A stretch of 64,000 nt of DNA, from NCBI RefSeq assembly GCF_009914755.1, contig NC_060931.1, one strand, 5' to 3'. The notes beneath the pieces were generated by a model. The model saw nothing but the letters and a program-made list of their open reading frames with translations, had not been told where the DNA came from and ran no database searches. Shown piece after piece: positions 1 through 17,189 of the stretch. The position numbers and the translations under genes are program-made. Source of the DNA: the human T2T-CHM13v2.0 reference genome, Homo sapiens. Numbering within the stretch: position 1 is the first letter of the stretch; each line of letters opens with the position of its first letter.

Positions 1-1634
1 TCAACTGGGAGGGAGTGGAGGAGATGAGAAAGTTAGAAGGAAAGGGAAGGCCCAGATCAGATCTTGATGCGCTTTTCTTCCTAGACCAGCATGGTTTTCA
101 TTACTCAAATTCTCACAGGGCTAAGATCTTGGTTTAAACAAATCACTCTGGCTTACCACTGAGCTCAGAAAAGACTGCAGGGGCCTTGGGCAGAAGCAGG
201 GAGACTGATACCAGAAAGGTAGCTACTGTGATAATTATGCAGGCTTAGGTGGGGGAAACCACACTGATGCTGACTAGGTACTCTGGATTTCCACCTCTGC
301 AAGGCAGCTTCCTCACTTATTCAGTGAGGACACAGCCACCTGTTGCAGAGCAGTTTTGAAGAAGAAATAAGGTTCACAGGCCCAGCTCAGCACACAGTAG
401 GCTCTGAAGAGGCCTCCTTTACTCAGTTGAATGAGCCCAGAACATTTGAACTGTTGCTTGCTGTGTGACCCCGGGAAGGTTACTTCACCTTACTGAGCTG
501 GTTTTCTCCTTAAAGTGGGGTGGGGTAGACATGTCAGGATGCAGAATGGAGCTGGACAGAATGTAGGCATTTCTGCTGCATCTGGAAAGTAAGATAAGTG
601 AGCTCACTGTCACAAAAGGCACAGAAGAGGAAACTAAATTTGCACTTGGTGGAGAAAATTTAACTCTACTAATATAAACTGACCATCGCTACATGTTTAC
701 TGGGCACCTGGTGCAGGGCTAAGAAATCTGCCATTATAATCTGATGCAGTGGCACTGAGCCTGCAGAGTCAATGTGCACTCACAAACTCAACCACTGTCA
801 TCTCACTTAACCCTCACACATCACCTGTCAGAGGTAATCCCCAATCTCCATAGTACAATTGAGGAGACTGAGACCAAGGTGGTGAAGGATCTTAACCAAA
901 GCCAGGTACAGTGGAGTTCTCAACGCGAAAGGAACTCACACCTGGGCACACCTGCATGAGGTGACCTACGATGCTTTTTACTTTCCATCAAAACAGTAAT
1001 TGATGCTCATATCACCTTCTTGTGGTACAAGAAGGAAACCACAGAAGAGAATGAAAATGGAAAACATACATCATCACCAATGTTGCCTCCCAGAGATGAG
1101 CATGGTCCCCATGTGGAAGTCTTCTGTCCATTTCTCCCTTGGCCTGCACACATTATGATAGTGGCAGCAGATCTGTGCTGGGCATTTACCAGGCTGGGCA
1201 CGACACCAAGAACTTTACAGATGTCCCTTCACTTATTCCTCACAAAGGTGTTATGTCCCAAGGACACTGGGGACCCTATGGAGACTACTTTTCCATGGTC
1301 GGTACTTGGTTTGGACTGAGGTCTCATGTGGATCAAATCCCTGTGTGTGTGCAAAGCTAGGTCTATCATTATTTTCTGATGGATGAAGTGGAGGCCATGC
1401 TGTGAATGTGTGCACGTGCAAGTCTTTGACACAGGCAGTTTTCTCTAAAATGCACAGCCTGCCTTACCAACTTAACTCCTTCCACACCTCAGACCAGCCC
1501 CTGCAATTGCCCTTTGCATGTTCTCATCTGGCCTCATGATCATGAGACCCTTCCACGTGGGTCTCCCTCCTTCCATGTGGCCCTGCATGGCAGGCAGGGC
1601 ACATGCTAACCTGTCTTCTGGTAGTTTGGAGTGA

Positions 1635-1991
<357 letters not shown>

Positions 1992-2799
1992 GTCTTTTTT
2001 TTTTTTTTTCTTAATAGTTCAGGGCTCTGACTCTGAGCAGGGTGTCCTGCCCCAGGGTTCCCCTTGACCCATTTCAGAGGGGTGGTCGGGTGGGTCACTG
2101 GTTCCTCACCCTTGTGCGAATCCAGAACTTGCATCCTGATGGGGGAAGCAGGAAGCCCTACCTGCGCTGGAGGGCATAACCCCAGCCCCAGGGCAGGCAG
2201 AAAACTCCCCCATCCCTGAGAAGTCCCAGCCCCAATGCTGGCACTCAGGCAGGACCTGCCCAAGTGGGACCTGTCTCCACCTTCCTCACACACCTCCCTG
2301 ACACTCACTCAAACTCCTGTCACCTGGGAACCTCTACCAGACCTGTGCTTCTTCCACCTGGGGAGCCCCCGGGGCCCTCATTTCACCCCATTCCCTGAAG
2401 CCTGGCTGCTGCTGCTGCTGCCCCACCCTCCAGCCAGAGGAGGGCGCTCCCTCGTCAGATGTCCCTGTCTCTATGGGGGTCCTTCCTCCTGTGAGCTCCG
2501 TGGCCTCGCACAGGCTGCTCAACACCTCTGAGCTCAAATTCCTGCTCCCAGGGGGAAGCGGGTTATGAAGATGAGAGGGAGAGAGAGCGAGCTGTAAGGG
2601 AAGCAGGTGACACGGGGCTGGACAGGGAAGGGCCTGGCTCTCAAGGAAGGGAGCTTCTCCAGGTGGCTTCCTCCTCTGTCAAATGGGCCCACGAATACCC
2701 TATTGATGGTGAGAATTAAGAGATACGAAACCCATTCGTTCTTTATTATGATGATTTTTATTTTCACAGTAGCACTTAGCACCTGCCCGCCCTCCACCT

Positions 2800-4260
2800 T
2801 CTCCACCACCCAGCAGGAGCGGGGCGGCCTGGATCTGTTTTCTGCCCCTGACCAGGGGGCCGCGTCTTCGGCAAAGTCTTCGGGGTGAGAGGTCCCGCTC
2901 CTGGAGGACAGCGGGATGGGAGAGTCCCGTTCACACCCAGCCCCGCAGAGCCGGATAGAAACGCTGCCACTGCCGACTCCATGCTGCCGGGAAGTGCACT
3001 GTGGAGGCCACTTTCTGGAAAGAAGAAACCGTCTGAACACAAAGTTGCTCAAGCCATGTTCATCTATCTGCCAGGGAAACGGAGGCCCTGAGTGCCAGAG
3101 TCCAAGTCACCCTGCAAGAGAAAACTCTGGTGGAGCCCAGGGTGTCCAGCCCCTGTCCACCCAGCCGCCGTGGTCAAGGTTAATAAGGGCAAGGGGCCAA
3201 GCAGAACCGCCTACAAGGAACCGAGTGTCCACAAAGCAGGAAGCGAAGAACGTTTCTCCTACCTAGAGCGCAGCCGTTTTGCGGAAGGCACAGTCCGGGC
3301 TCCGGGAGCCAAGCAGGGATCCGGGCCTCGTTGCGGAGGGGACGCCCGGGCTGAGCTGAGCTCACTTGCTGGCGGCGGCAGCCCCTGCAGTCATGGGGTC
3401 ACCGGCTTGTGGAGAGGGGCTGGCGCTGTTCCTTGGCCCCGCTCCCCGCCCGCAAAGGGCCGGGAGGTCGGGCTCCCGGCAGTGTCCAGGCTCTCGCCCG
3501 CCGGTGCCTGAGCCGTACCCACCGCGTCCCCTCCGCCCCAACAGCTGGTGCTGAGGGTCCGGCCCGGGGTCATCTGGCAGGGCCGTGCGGCTCCTGCGGG
3601 TGACCAGGAGCGCGGAGCCCCTTCCCACTCGGGCTCGGGTGGCCTCACCTTTCCTGGGGCTGCGTCCCCGCGGGACGCCAGGTTCCCGGATTCTTCTAGG
3701 TCGCCCTGGTTCCTGGCAGCTCCTGGTGCCACGCGGTCCTCTACGGTCTCCTCTGACCTGAGAGGGACAGTGAGATGGGGCTGGCGGGGATGGGGGTCCC
3801 CGCGCTGTTGGAAAGCAGCGGGGCTGCTGCTGACCGGAGCCGCCTGGGTCTGTTCTGGAACCGTCGCCCTGGGGCCCCTCCGCCCCGCAAACGCTCGGGA
3901 TGCGGTTTGGGAGTGTAGCTGGACACCGAGCACCATCCACGCTCAGCCCCACGGGGCTCCAGGAGTCCCGAGCCCAAGCCCCTGCACTTGCATTTTATTT
4001 AAAAAAACTGAGGGTTAAATTCGGGCAAGTCAGTTGCCTCAGTGTTTGTCGCCTGCTGCCTCTATGTCGGCTTCTTTTGCTGGCAGTCAGAGACCAAGCC
4101 CCCACGCCCTCCAGGACCCTCTATCTGGTGAGGCCACCTCTGCAATCATGAGCAGCACTGAGGTGCTTCCGACCAGGGGTCACTGCCCCAGCCGGTGAGA
4201 GGCCCTGCAGTGGGGACTGGAGATGTGCGACGCAGCCTCCCAGAGCCCGCATCCTCTTGC
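2800..4260. promoter_or_regulatory. CpG island (left arm), probable promoter of a minus-strand non-coding transcript
   Basis: Very high GC and CpG density; minus-strand donor-like sites (AAG|GTGAGG at 3648, AA|GTGAGC at 3365) and polypyrimidine-AG acceptors (3211, 3112, 3069). Confidence 0.7.
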
Positions 4261-4384
4261 CCAAGGAGGCTGCACACCCTCACTCAGGGCTGTGAGGGGG
4301 AATGAGGGCAGCTCACAGGCTAAGGGGCCGCTGAAGACAGGTTTTGTGGACAGGTGATTTAGGAGCCTGGAGGAAGCAGGTTAG

Positions 4385-4386
<2 letters not shown>

Positions 4387-4456
<70 letters not shown>
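4387..4456. repeat. (GT)n(GA)n compound microsatellite
   Basis: Seen directly. Confidence 0.97.
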
Positions 4457-4457
<1 letters not shown>

Positions 4458-6726
4458 GGAATTCTCCCATGCCAGGACATCTGCGTGTCTCAGTAGAGTA
4501 GGAGTGAACAGCAGCATCCCTGCAGAGGAGCAGCATGTGGACAGAGTCACAGGCTGGCTGGATCACAACAAATCCTTGTGGGTCAAGGAGAGCAGGTTCC
4601 GTGATCAGCTGCGGTCTGGGTTTTGTGTTTGCCTTTTCCTGCTGTTCCAATAAGCCAGGGCACTGGGGCCAGATTGCCCTCAGCCATGGCCAAGGGTTCC
4701 CTGACAAGCTGGGGAGGACGAACTCCCTTCCCAACACAGGGACATAGAAGATCAGAGCAGCCTGCCCAGTGGGGATCTGAGCTCAGAGAGTGGAAGCCAC
4801 TGTCTCAGAGTCACAGAGCAGGTCAGTGGCAGGTCCCATGTCCCTGACCCCCAAGCTCTATTTCTCTGAGGAAATATTCCATCCAAGAGCATGAGAGTCC
4901 TCTGAGCATGGACTCCCTGGCAGGTGAGGTCATTTTACCTGTTATCTGTTTTCATCCTCATTGTGTGTGTGGTTTGTATCAGTGTCCCCATTGTAAGGCA
5001 GAAAACAGGCTCAGTGATGGGGCAAAGGCTGGTGCAAGGCTACAGAGCTCAGAAGTGGCTGAGGTGAGACAAGAACCAGCAGGCTTCCTTCACCGTTGCT
5101 CTGCTCCATCTGGAGGTTGGACAATTTGCCTGTGTGCCAACAGCCACAAGCCTTTGTTGGCTCAGGGTAGATATGAAAACCTGGAAACCATGAAGCTTTC
5201 AGCCCCACTCATTTCTGCAGGGGCAGGTGGCTGTGCTTGGCATGGGCTCCCCATTGCTCAAAATAGAGCCTCCTCTTTCTGCCAGTGGTCCCAGAAATGA
5301 GTCACAGGTGGGTGAGGTTGCAGCCAGGCCTGGGCAGGATGATGTCTTCTGGGCTAGGCTGAAAACTCAAGCCTTGCAGCTGGACAAGTTATGACTTTGG
5401 TTCTGCCTCAGTCACTCCGAGGCTGGACAACTCTGGCCATATCTCTCTGTAAGCTGTGGTTTCCTTATCTTTAAAATGGAGACAATGGCACCTCTCTCCC
5501 AGAGTAGCCACTGGGGCTTAATAAAGCCTCAGCATGAGAAGATGGTGTATTTGTATTTGTGAGTTTTCCTTGGTCTATGGTGACCTTCCTGTGGGTAAGA
5601 ACCAAGTATCACTTGGCTCAGGACCCAGACAGGCACAGCACAGCCAGAACCAGAGGGGCCTAGGCCTGGGTATGATTGGAATCCAGGCATCTGGCCCAGT
5701 TTTTCTGGCTCTGTCTCCTTCCCCATCTTTTCCAAACTGGTCCAAGGATCAGATTTGCCATGTCACCCAGACATCGTTGTGGCCCTGTCTGAACAAGCAG
5801 CATCAGAATTTCTCTGGTGCCAGCTGGATGACTCAGAGAGAAAAACTGGTCACCAATTTCTGCTTCAAGTGGGTAGGGAAGAAAGCTACCACTTGCAGCT
5901 ACTTATTATGTATCACCAGCCAGGCACTTTTCCTACTTAGTGGTCACCTCAGCTAAGTCATAAAGACACAGAAAAGAGTGCCTTGCCCCAGGTTCACAGC
6001 TGATAAGTGGGGTGTGGGAGAGGAGGTGCTGAAATCCACATTTATCTAAACCTTTCAGACCCATGTGCATTTCTCCATTTTTACCACATTGTCCCCTCCT
6101 TGGTGACAGCCTGGGCTGCTGCTCCTGCCTCTCACTGGCCTCTCTGCCTCCAAGCTGCCTGTGCCTTAGGAAGCTCCATGTTGCACTTTCAAACCAGCAG
6201 CCCAATCCATCCCTCACCTACTTGTGCCTTTCAATGACTCTCATTGTCCTCAGAAAATGACCCTGGCTCCTAGGTGTCCACACCTCTGTGGCCCTGAGCA
6301 GGCTGACAGAAATAAAACTGCATGCCTCCTTTCCTTCCAGTGAAAAGAAATCACTGGATATTGCAACAAAATTTAAACTTATCATTTGGGAGAAATCAGA
6401 GTATCCTCTTTCATAGACAAAAAAAACAGTATTCAACCCTAAAAGGAAAGAAAACAATTCTCTTGAATGCTGCCACACTTGGAAAAACAATGGAAAATAA
6501 ACACTGGAACCAGCTAGACCTGCCAGAGTTGCTGAGGGAGGATTAAATGAGTTATTATGTAATTTGCTTAGCAACAGTGCTTGGCTCATAGTTAGTGCTC
6601 AGTAATATCAGCTATTCTTTTTTTTATTGTAAATAGAAGAGAAGCTAGGAATGAATCCATGACCTTGGATGGGCATCCTCTGTCTTCCCCAGGACAGGGG
6701 TTCAGTGTCATTTTCCAGGAACCTAA

Positions 6727-7432
6727 TGAAGCAGCCTTGTTCTTCTGGGGTGATACCCGAGATTTGTTGCCTAATGGTCATAAAAAACTAGGATGTGGAC
6801 ACACAAGAGTGAGGTTAAGAGCAGAAGTTTAATAGGTGGAAGAAAGAGAAAAGCTCCCTGTGCTGCAGAGAGAGGGGTCCCAAATGGGCTGCAGGATCCA
6901 CAGTGAAATGCATGGGATTTTATAGATGCCTGATGAGGGGGGCGGTGTTTGATTTACACAGGGCACGAAAGATTGGTTGGACCAGGTATGTCATTTGCAT
7001 GGAGCATGAAAAATTGGTTAGAGGTATGTCATTTGCATGGATTACGGAAAATTTGCATAGGTGGCAAATTTGTGTCCACTCCCACCCTAATCTTGTATTA
7101 TGTAAGTGGGTCTTAAGTGGGTCTTCTTCCTGAGCTGCATCATATTGCCCATTCCTTTACTCTACATGTAGTAACAACAACAACAACAAAAATGGAGCCT
7201 CTGTGTTGGACATGCCTGGCCCACAGGTAGCCCTTTTCTATTGGCACAGCTGCCGGCATTCACCCTTCCAAGCTTCCAGCTTGCTTATCTATGTTTGCAG
7301 CTCCATTTTTCAGGCTGATCTTTGTTAGTAAAGAAAAAAAAAATTTGTCTTCCTTTTGCTAAAGGGAAGCTCTGCCAAGTACTCTTTTATGCTCACTGTC
7401 TGTCAAATATTTTTTTTCTACTTTCTGTATCA
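6727..7432 (-). mobile_element. Solo ERV1 LTR, MER50-like
   Basis: Minus strand TGATACAGAAAG...GATAAGCAAGCTGGAAGCTTG...GCTGCTTCA; near-perfect 4-bp TSD CTAA/TTAA. Confidence 0.75.
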
Positions 7433-7871
7433 TTAAGACTCATCATCACTCAGAGACAACCAAACACTGTGACATTTTGATATAACCCTTTCCAAAAGTG
7501 TATATTTTTCACAGTTTTGAGCACGCATTGCATACCATTTTTTCACTGAACACAATCTATCATGAACATCTTTCCATAACTTAAAAGAAGCTGCATGCCA
7601 GAACAGTCCATCATGTTCTGTTTTCTTTCAGAAATCTTTAGAGATGGATCATTTTCCTTACAAGAATAGATACCAGGTAAGAGAAGCAGCCTTTAAAGCA
7701 GCGAATAGCAGCTCATGCATGCTAATTATTTGCTTATTTATCTGGCTCCCCTATTGATGGCATCTTGAGGGCCGGTATGAACATGTCATGCAGTCTCCAA
7801 GCAACCCACAGTAGGCCCACCATAAACAGATGTTGTGGCCAGCATGGGAGGTGCAATGGTGAGTTGCTCTG

Positions 7872-7947
7872 TTTCCTCCCTCCCGTCCCCCTCCCCACCC
7901 CTCCCCTCCCCCTCCCCTCCCTTCCCCTTCCCTTCCCTTCCTCTCTC
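7872..7947. repeat. C/T-rich low-complexity tract (CCCT/CCCTT)n
   Basis: Seen directly. Confidence 0.9.
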
Positions 7948-7951
7948 ACAA

Positions 7952-8130
7952 AACAGTCACAGAGAGAGGACAGCAGCGTACATGGTGAGGTGCTGACGAT
8001 TCTGGTCCACTGGATCCCACCATCCCTAGGACAGTAAATACCGTCCTAGTCACTACCCAGCAAGTTACCACCGCATCATTTCCTGCATGTTCCAAAATGA
8101 ATAAAGGTAATTAAGCATAAGTGCAAATAA
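7952..8130 (+). pseudogene. Second MTDH pseudogene fragment in the left arm
   Basis: AGTCACAGAGAGAGGACAGCAG...GATTCTGGTCCACTGGATCCCACCATCCC...CCAAAATGAATAAAGGT is the inverted paralog of 56435-56612. Confidence 0.8.
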
Positions 8131-8202
8131 AAAGTCATTTCTCATGTTTTTAATCTAAACTGTCACAGTTTAGTTTACTATTTTAAGTTCTTTTCGTGCT
8201 AA

Positions 8203-8568
<366 letters not shown>

Positions 8569-9055
8569 TGAACTTTTGTATGTTAAATATAACACTAAAA
8601 AACTTTATTATGTTTTAGGTAATCTAAGATTGGTGTATACAAACAAACTTTACAGATTACTGTAGGGTTCAGGAAATGATGTATATAATATGACATTTAT
8701 ATCTCTAGTTTCTTATGTATAAATCTTCCTTTAGAAAAGATTGGCTTTTTAAAAAATGTCTCCACAAATTTAGGCTTATTTTATAAAATGTCACAACAGT
8801 AAAAAAAAAAAATACTTTTTACCTTTCTAAAAAAGTAAAATACTCTTTTGCCATTTCATAAAATAAACCTGAATTTGTCATACTATATAAATACTGGTAC
8901 TCAAATAAAATACCAACTATTTTAATCAAAATTATTTAGACAGTCTATTTATATAATTTTATGATTTTTAACTACAGTGATGGGCATTCACAAATCTTTC
9001 ATAAATCAAACATATTAGTATTAGGTTTTACTTACTAGTTATATACGAAAGATCG

Positions 9056-9370
<315 letters not shown>

Positions 9371-11089
9371 TCAAAATGGAGATTTTTAATTAATAATTTG
9401 GTGCTTTCAAATACACTGAAGTCTTGTGTTAATCACAGTAAGTCTGGGGATAGTGAATTAATTTTATTTTTTTATGATGTGTTCAAAAATTTTTAGTTTA
9501 ACCTAATATTGATTGATGATGAGTAAACAAATTGATTTTTTTCAAATTTCATAGGTCTATTAAATTGTCAAAGATATTTTTAATTAAAAAATTCTGTCTT
9601 TCAATATTGTTTCAGGGATTTAGATCTAGTTGAATCTGCTCAACCTGTTAATCAGTGTCATGTGCCAGATTCCAATTCACTAACAGTGTGCCTGTATGAC
9701 TTTTCTTTCCATAGTCTTTGAATGAAATTTTTATTACTTATTTGTATGTTATATAGTACAGCTCATACATTTCAAACGAAACCACAGGGTAAAATGAGTT
9801 CTGGCTTAGTATAAAAAAGCTGTTGGCAACTCAGTATTACATATACAGATGGATGTGGCTCAACAAGAATTTAGACAAAAATATTGAACTGTAACGTGTT
9901 GCCATGATTTAGTCTCTAATGAGGTTATAAATACATCCATATTTCAGCACATATATGCAGTTGTGTTCAAATACCTCTAAAAGTGGTATATCAAGAATTC
10001 TTAGGCTACTGAGAAAACAGAGTCTGCTATTACCCAAGAAATCAACTGGAAGGCATTTTTATAACCTTACACCACAAAAGGAAAAATTGAAAGGCAGTGC
10101 TAATAAATGCAAACTACATCACCTAGAAAATGGTAATCTAGAATGTCACTGTCAATATTTAAGAATTTGAACTTTCAGTATGAAAAATTTGGTAAAATAA
10201 AGCTTTTATTTTCTTTTTTATTTTCTTTTTTTTTTTGAGACGGAGTCTCACTCTGTCACCAATAATTGCCTATATATGTTGTAGGCAATTATTTTCTAAA
10301 TTCAACAAAGTTGCAATAAACTCTTTCATGTATAAATCTCACTGAAAGGCACTATCCAGTAGCTATTTCCCTCAGTCTTTTCTGGAATTTTCTATCACTT
10401 GATTCAAAACCAACCTTATTTGAATCCTAGCAATTTCTAAAGCTCCAAAGGTAATAACAAAAAGGGAGTAGAAAAGAAGCCAAGTTACCCCAAACACTAA
10501 ATGTCTAATATATTTGGTTCCGCAAATGAAATATATTTGGTTCCGCAAATGAACCAAAAACCACACAAACTAAAAAACAGTGGCTTTAAAACTCAACCTA
10601 AATTCAATGGTAGCAGTCAAATCTATATGCAAAAATTAGCAAAGACACAATACAGAAACCCAGTCTGTTATTCCAGGAAAAATAATAAAATTCTTATTTT
10701 GGCATTTTTCAGAAAGAATAAATACATTAAATATGACAAAATATACCCAGTCAAGTATAAGAAAATCTTTGAAATATAAATGATTTTATTCTTATTCTTA
10801 AATATTTACTATAATATATTTAGAAGAGCTTTTCAGTGAAAAATGCTTATAGCTACTATGTATAAATTAAAACAGCCCTTGGAAAAATAGTATCTTTTAT
10901 TAATAATGCAGATCGCAGCTCCAAGGATGTAAATCTGGGCTCATAGCTCATGACCCAAATCAAGCTCAGATGATCTATGTAACAATCATAAGTTATAGTA
11001 TTAAATTAAAATGCTTCTAGAAATAAAAATAAAAAGAGGTAAAAGCAAATGAAAAAAAGGGGAAGTGGATTCCTCACAATTACTCCTAA

Positions 11090-11330
11090 GGTATGGAATC
11101 AAACTAAGTGTTAATTAACAGGTGAATAAATATAGAAAATGTGGTATATTTACACAATGGAATGCTATTCAGCCCTTCAAAAGAAGCAACTCTTGTTATT
11201 TGCAACAACATCAATGAACCTGGAGGACATTATGCTAAGTAAAATAAGTCAGCACAAAAACTATAGAAGCAGAGAGTAGAATGATGATTGCCTGGGGCTG
11301 GGGGTGGAGGAGATGTGGGTCAAAAGTAAT
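11090..11330 (+). mobile_element. L1M 3' fragment shared by both arms (paralog ~51920-52515 on the minus strand)
   Basis: GAAAATGTGGTATATTTACACAATGGAAT..ATGAACCTGGAGGACATTATGCTAAGT. Confidence 0.7.
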
Positions 11331-11520
11331 GGGTCTTCCCTATGTCTCTTACCTTAACATGTAATTTATTCTTCTCTCAGTTTTGATTCACCAGGGAATG
11401 GAATTATATGCTGAGGAGTCAAAACTTAATGTTGGTAGAGCTGAGAATAGCAGTTTCCTGGTAGAACAACCACTTCTCAGCAGTATAGAAATCACTGAAA
11501 GAAAAGTGTGTCTCTCATAA

Positions 11521-12234
<714 letters not shown>

Positions 12235-13580
12235 TCATTTTGCTGATTTCTCTTGAGCTCAGGTAATATTTCACCAAAAGGCTGGCATATATTTAGCCAA
12301 AAAAGGGATATTGTTTGAAATAAGAATATTGTGAATAAAGTTATTCTGTCAATAGAATAACATTATTACTTCATACAAGTCTTACCTGTAGTTGTACATC
12401 AAATGCTACTTTTTATTAAAAATAGTATTTTATATAAGTATTCAATTTATATCACCTTTCTTCTCTATTTCAACACCTTCTTCACTTAACACCAATGGAA
12501 AGCAAGCCAGCTGGTGCCAGGAAAGCACGTGTTGTTATTGCCATTTTAATGATGACAGTGAAGAACACTCGTTTGAGTGTTCTTCGTTTGAGTAGTACTC
12601 GCGTGCCAAACGCTGTTCATTTAACACAAAGAACTGGTTTTCTATTTTATCCTAAATTTACTGATAACATTTTTAGCTAAGAAGACTTTGTCTCATTCAA
12701 GTGTGTTTTATGGAATTTGGTTGACATTTAAGTGTCTCTGACTTTCCTGGAATATATTATAATTTTTCATAAATCCATATTGAGTACTATAAATAAACAA
12801 TCTTTTACTAAAAGCCTTTGTGAGGTAGAGTAGGATACATCAAATTTTATTATAATATGGTAAGTGTGTTAACCATGTTCCTAGTAATCCCTCTGAACAC
12901 AGCATTCTCAGTTTCCAGTATTCACATTGAGTCACTTAGGGGAAATTGGTATCTCTGTAAGCAGGCAGAAGAAGGTGCCCAGTGGAGGTGCACCACATTG
13001 CATGGAAATGCTGTCCACATGCACCTTTGGGGTCTTAATTTAACTGGGCTGTCATTTGCATGGCTAGATACTTACTGAATCCGGTCATACTGTTTTTGGC
13101 AGCTAATGGCATTTGTTCCCCATAAGTTTTCTACAATTATTTGCTTTGCTGAAAAATAAATCTTTTGTTAACTTACTCTAAATTGAGAGACTAGATTTGC
13201 AATTTTCAATTTTTAAACATGAAAGCAAAGCAGAGAAGAACAATATGTGTATATAACATGCATTTTCCTGCCTATCAAAATTCTTGTATTGCCTTGGAAA
13301 CCCTAGGAAGCCACCTAAAGAATTCTCCCTTCAAATTGTTTAGCCAGAATTTTAAATTTCAAAAGGTCCAAAACTTAACAATTGAGCAAAGCAAAAATCT
13401 TGTCTTTGCTTCTTGTTAGTAATCTGTCATTTCAGAAAACATGGCAATTATGCCAAGCCATTGAAAAAAAATGTGATTTTGGTTAATTTTATCCCATTTA
13501 AAATGTTGTCTTTGTTACTTTTATCATGTTAATCTAAGAGAAACTATCTACATAACTATTTATGCCTTCAGGAAATATTA

Positions 13581-16225
<2,645 letters not shown>

Positions 16226-16602
16226 GTATAATATTATACATAATATTATATATTATTATACATATTTTATATTATTATATACAATAATATATATTACATG
16301 AAAAATTACATACTGCTCACATATTAAAATAATATTTTGAATATTAGAATATTTGAATTCTAGAACTAGAATATATAACGATGAAATTGTTACAATAAAT
16401 TCCACCTGTTTCTTCCTTTTTTTTTTAAGTTTGGCTACTAGAATATTTAAAATTCACATGTGGCTTACATTTTATTTCAGAGAATTAACTCCGTTTTAAA
16501 ATCTCAGGCTGCCTGCTTAAAGGACCAGAAGCTAGGAAGGTCGTAAAATCGGATATTAAATAATGTTATTATATTTTTTCCATTTGTTAATAGCCATATA
16601 AT

Positions 16603-17189
16603 TGTGAACCTCAAATATCTGAGACAGATCTCAGTTAATTTAGAAAGTTTATTCTGAGGCCAGGCGCGGTGGCTCACGCCTGTAATCCCAGCACTTTGGG
16701 AAGCCGAGGCGGGTGGATCACCTGAGGTCAGGAGTTCAAGACCAGCCTGGACAAAGTGGTGAAACCCCGTCTTTACTAAAAATAGAAAAATTAGCCAGCT
16801 ACTCTGGAGGCTGAGGCAGGAGAATCGCTTGAACCCCGGAGGGAGGTGGAAGTTGCAGTAGCAGAGATCGGATCGTGCCACTGCACTCCAGCCTGGAAGA
16901 CAGAGCGAGACTCCGAAAGAGACAGAGAGAGAGAAAGAAAAAGAAAGAAAGAAAACTGGAAGTGGGGAGGCGGCTTCCAGGTCCTAGGTAGATAAAAGAC
17001 AAATGGTTGCATTCTTTTGAGTTCCTGATTAGCCTGGGAAAAGGAGGCAATCAGATATGCAATCATCTCAGTGAGCAGAGGGGTGACTTTGAATAGAATG
17101 GAAGGCAGGTTTGCCCTAAGCAGTTCCCAGCTTGACTTTTCCCTATAGCTTAGTGATTTTGGGGCCGCAAAATTTATTTTCCTTTCACA
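16603..17189 (-). mobile_element. MER4A-type ERV1 LTR interrupted by an Alu (16658-16953), directly upstream of the ZNF273 promoter
   Basis: Minus strand starts TGTGAAAGGAAAATAAATTTTGCGGCCCCAAAATCACTAAGC, typical of MER4A, and ends ...GGTTCACA. Confidence 0.8.

Noticed and set aside
3092-4151. Overlapping 100-196 aa ORFs on both strands in the CpG islands (also 61608-62410)
   Set aside because: Expected from stop-codon scarcity in GC-rich DNA; no recognisable domain, and frames are not conserved between the arms.
5933-6217. 94-aa ORF conserved in both arms
   Set aside because: All overlapping frames on both strands are equally conserved, so this reflects nucleotide identity (conversion), not coding selection.
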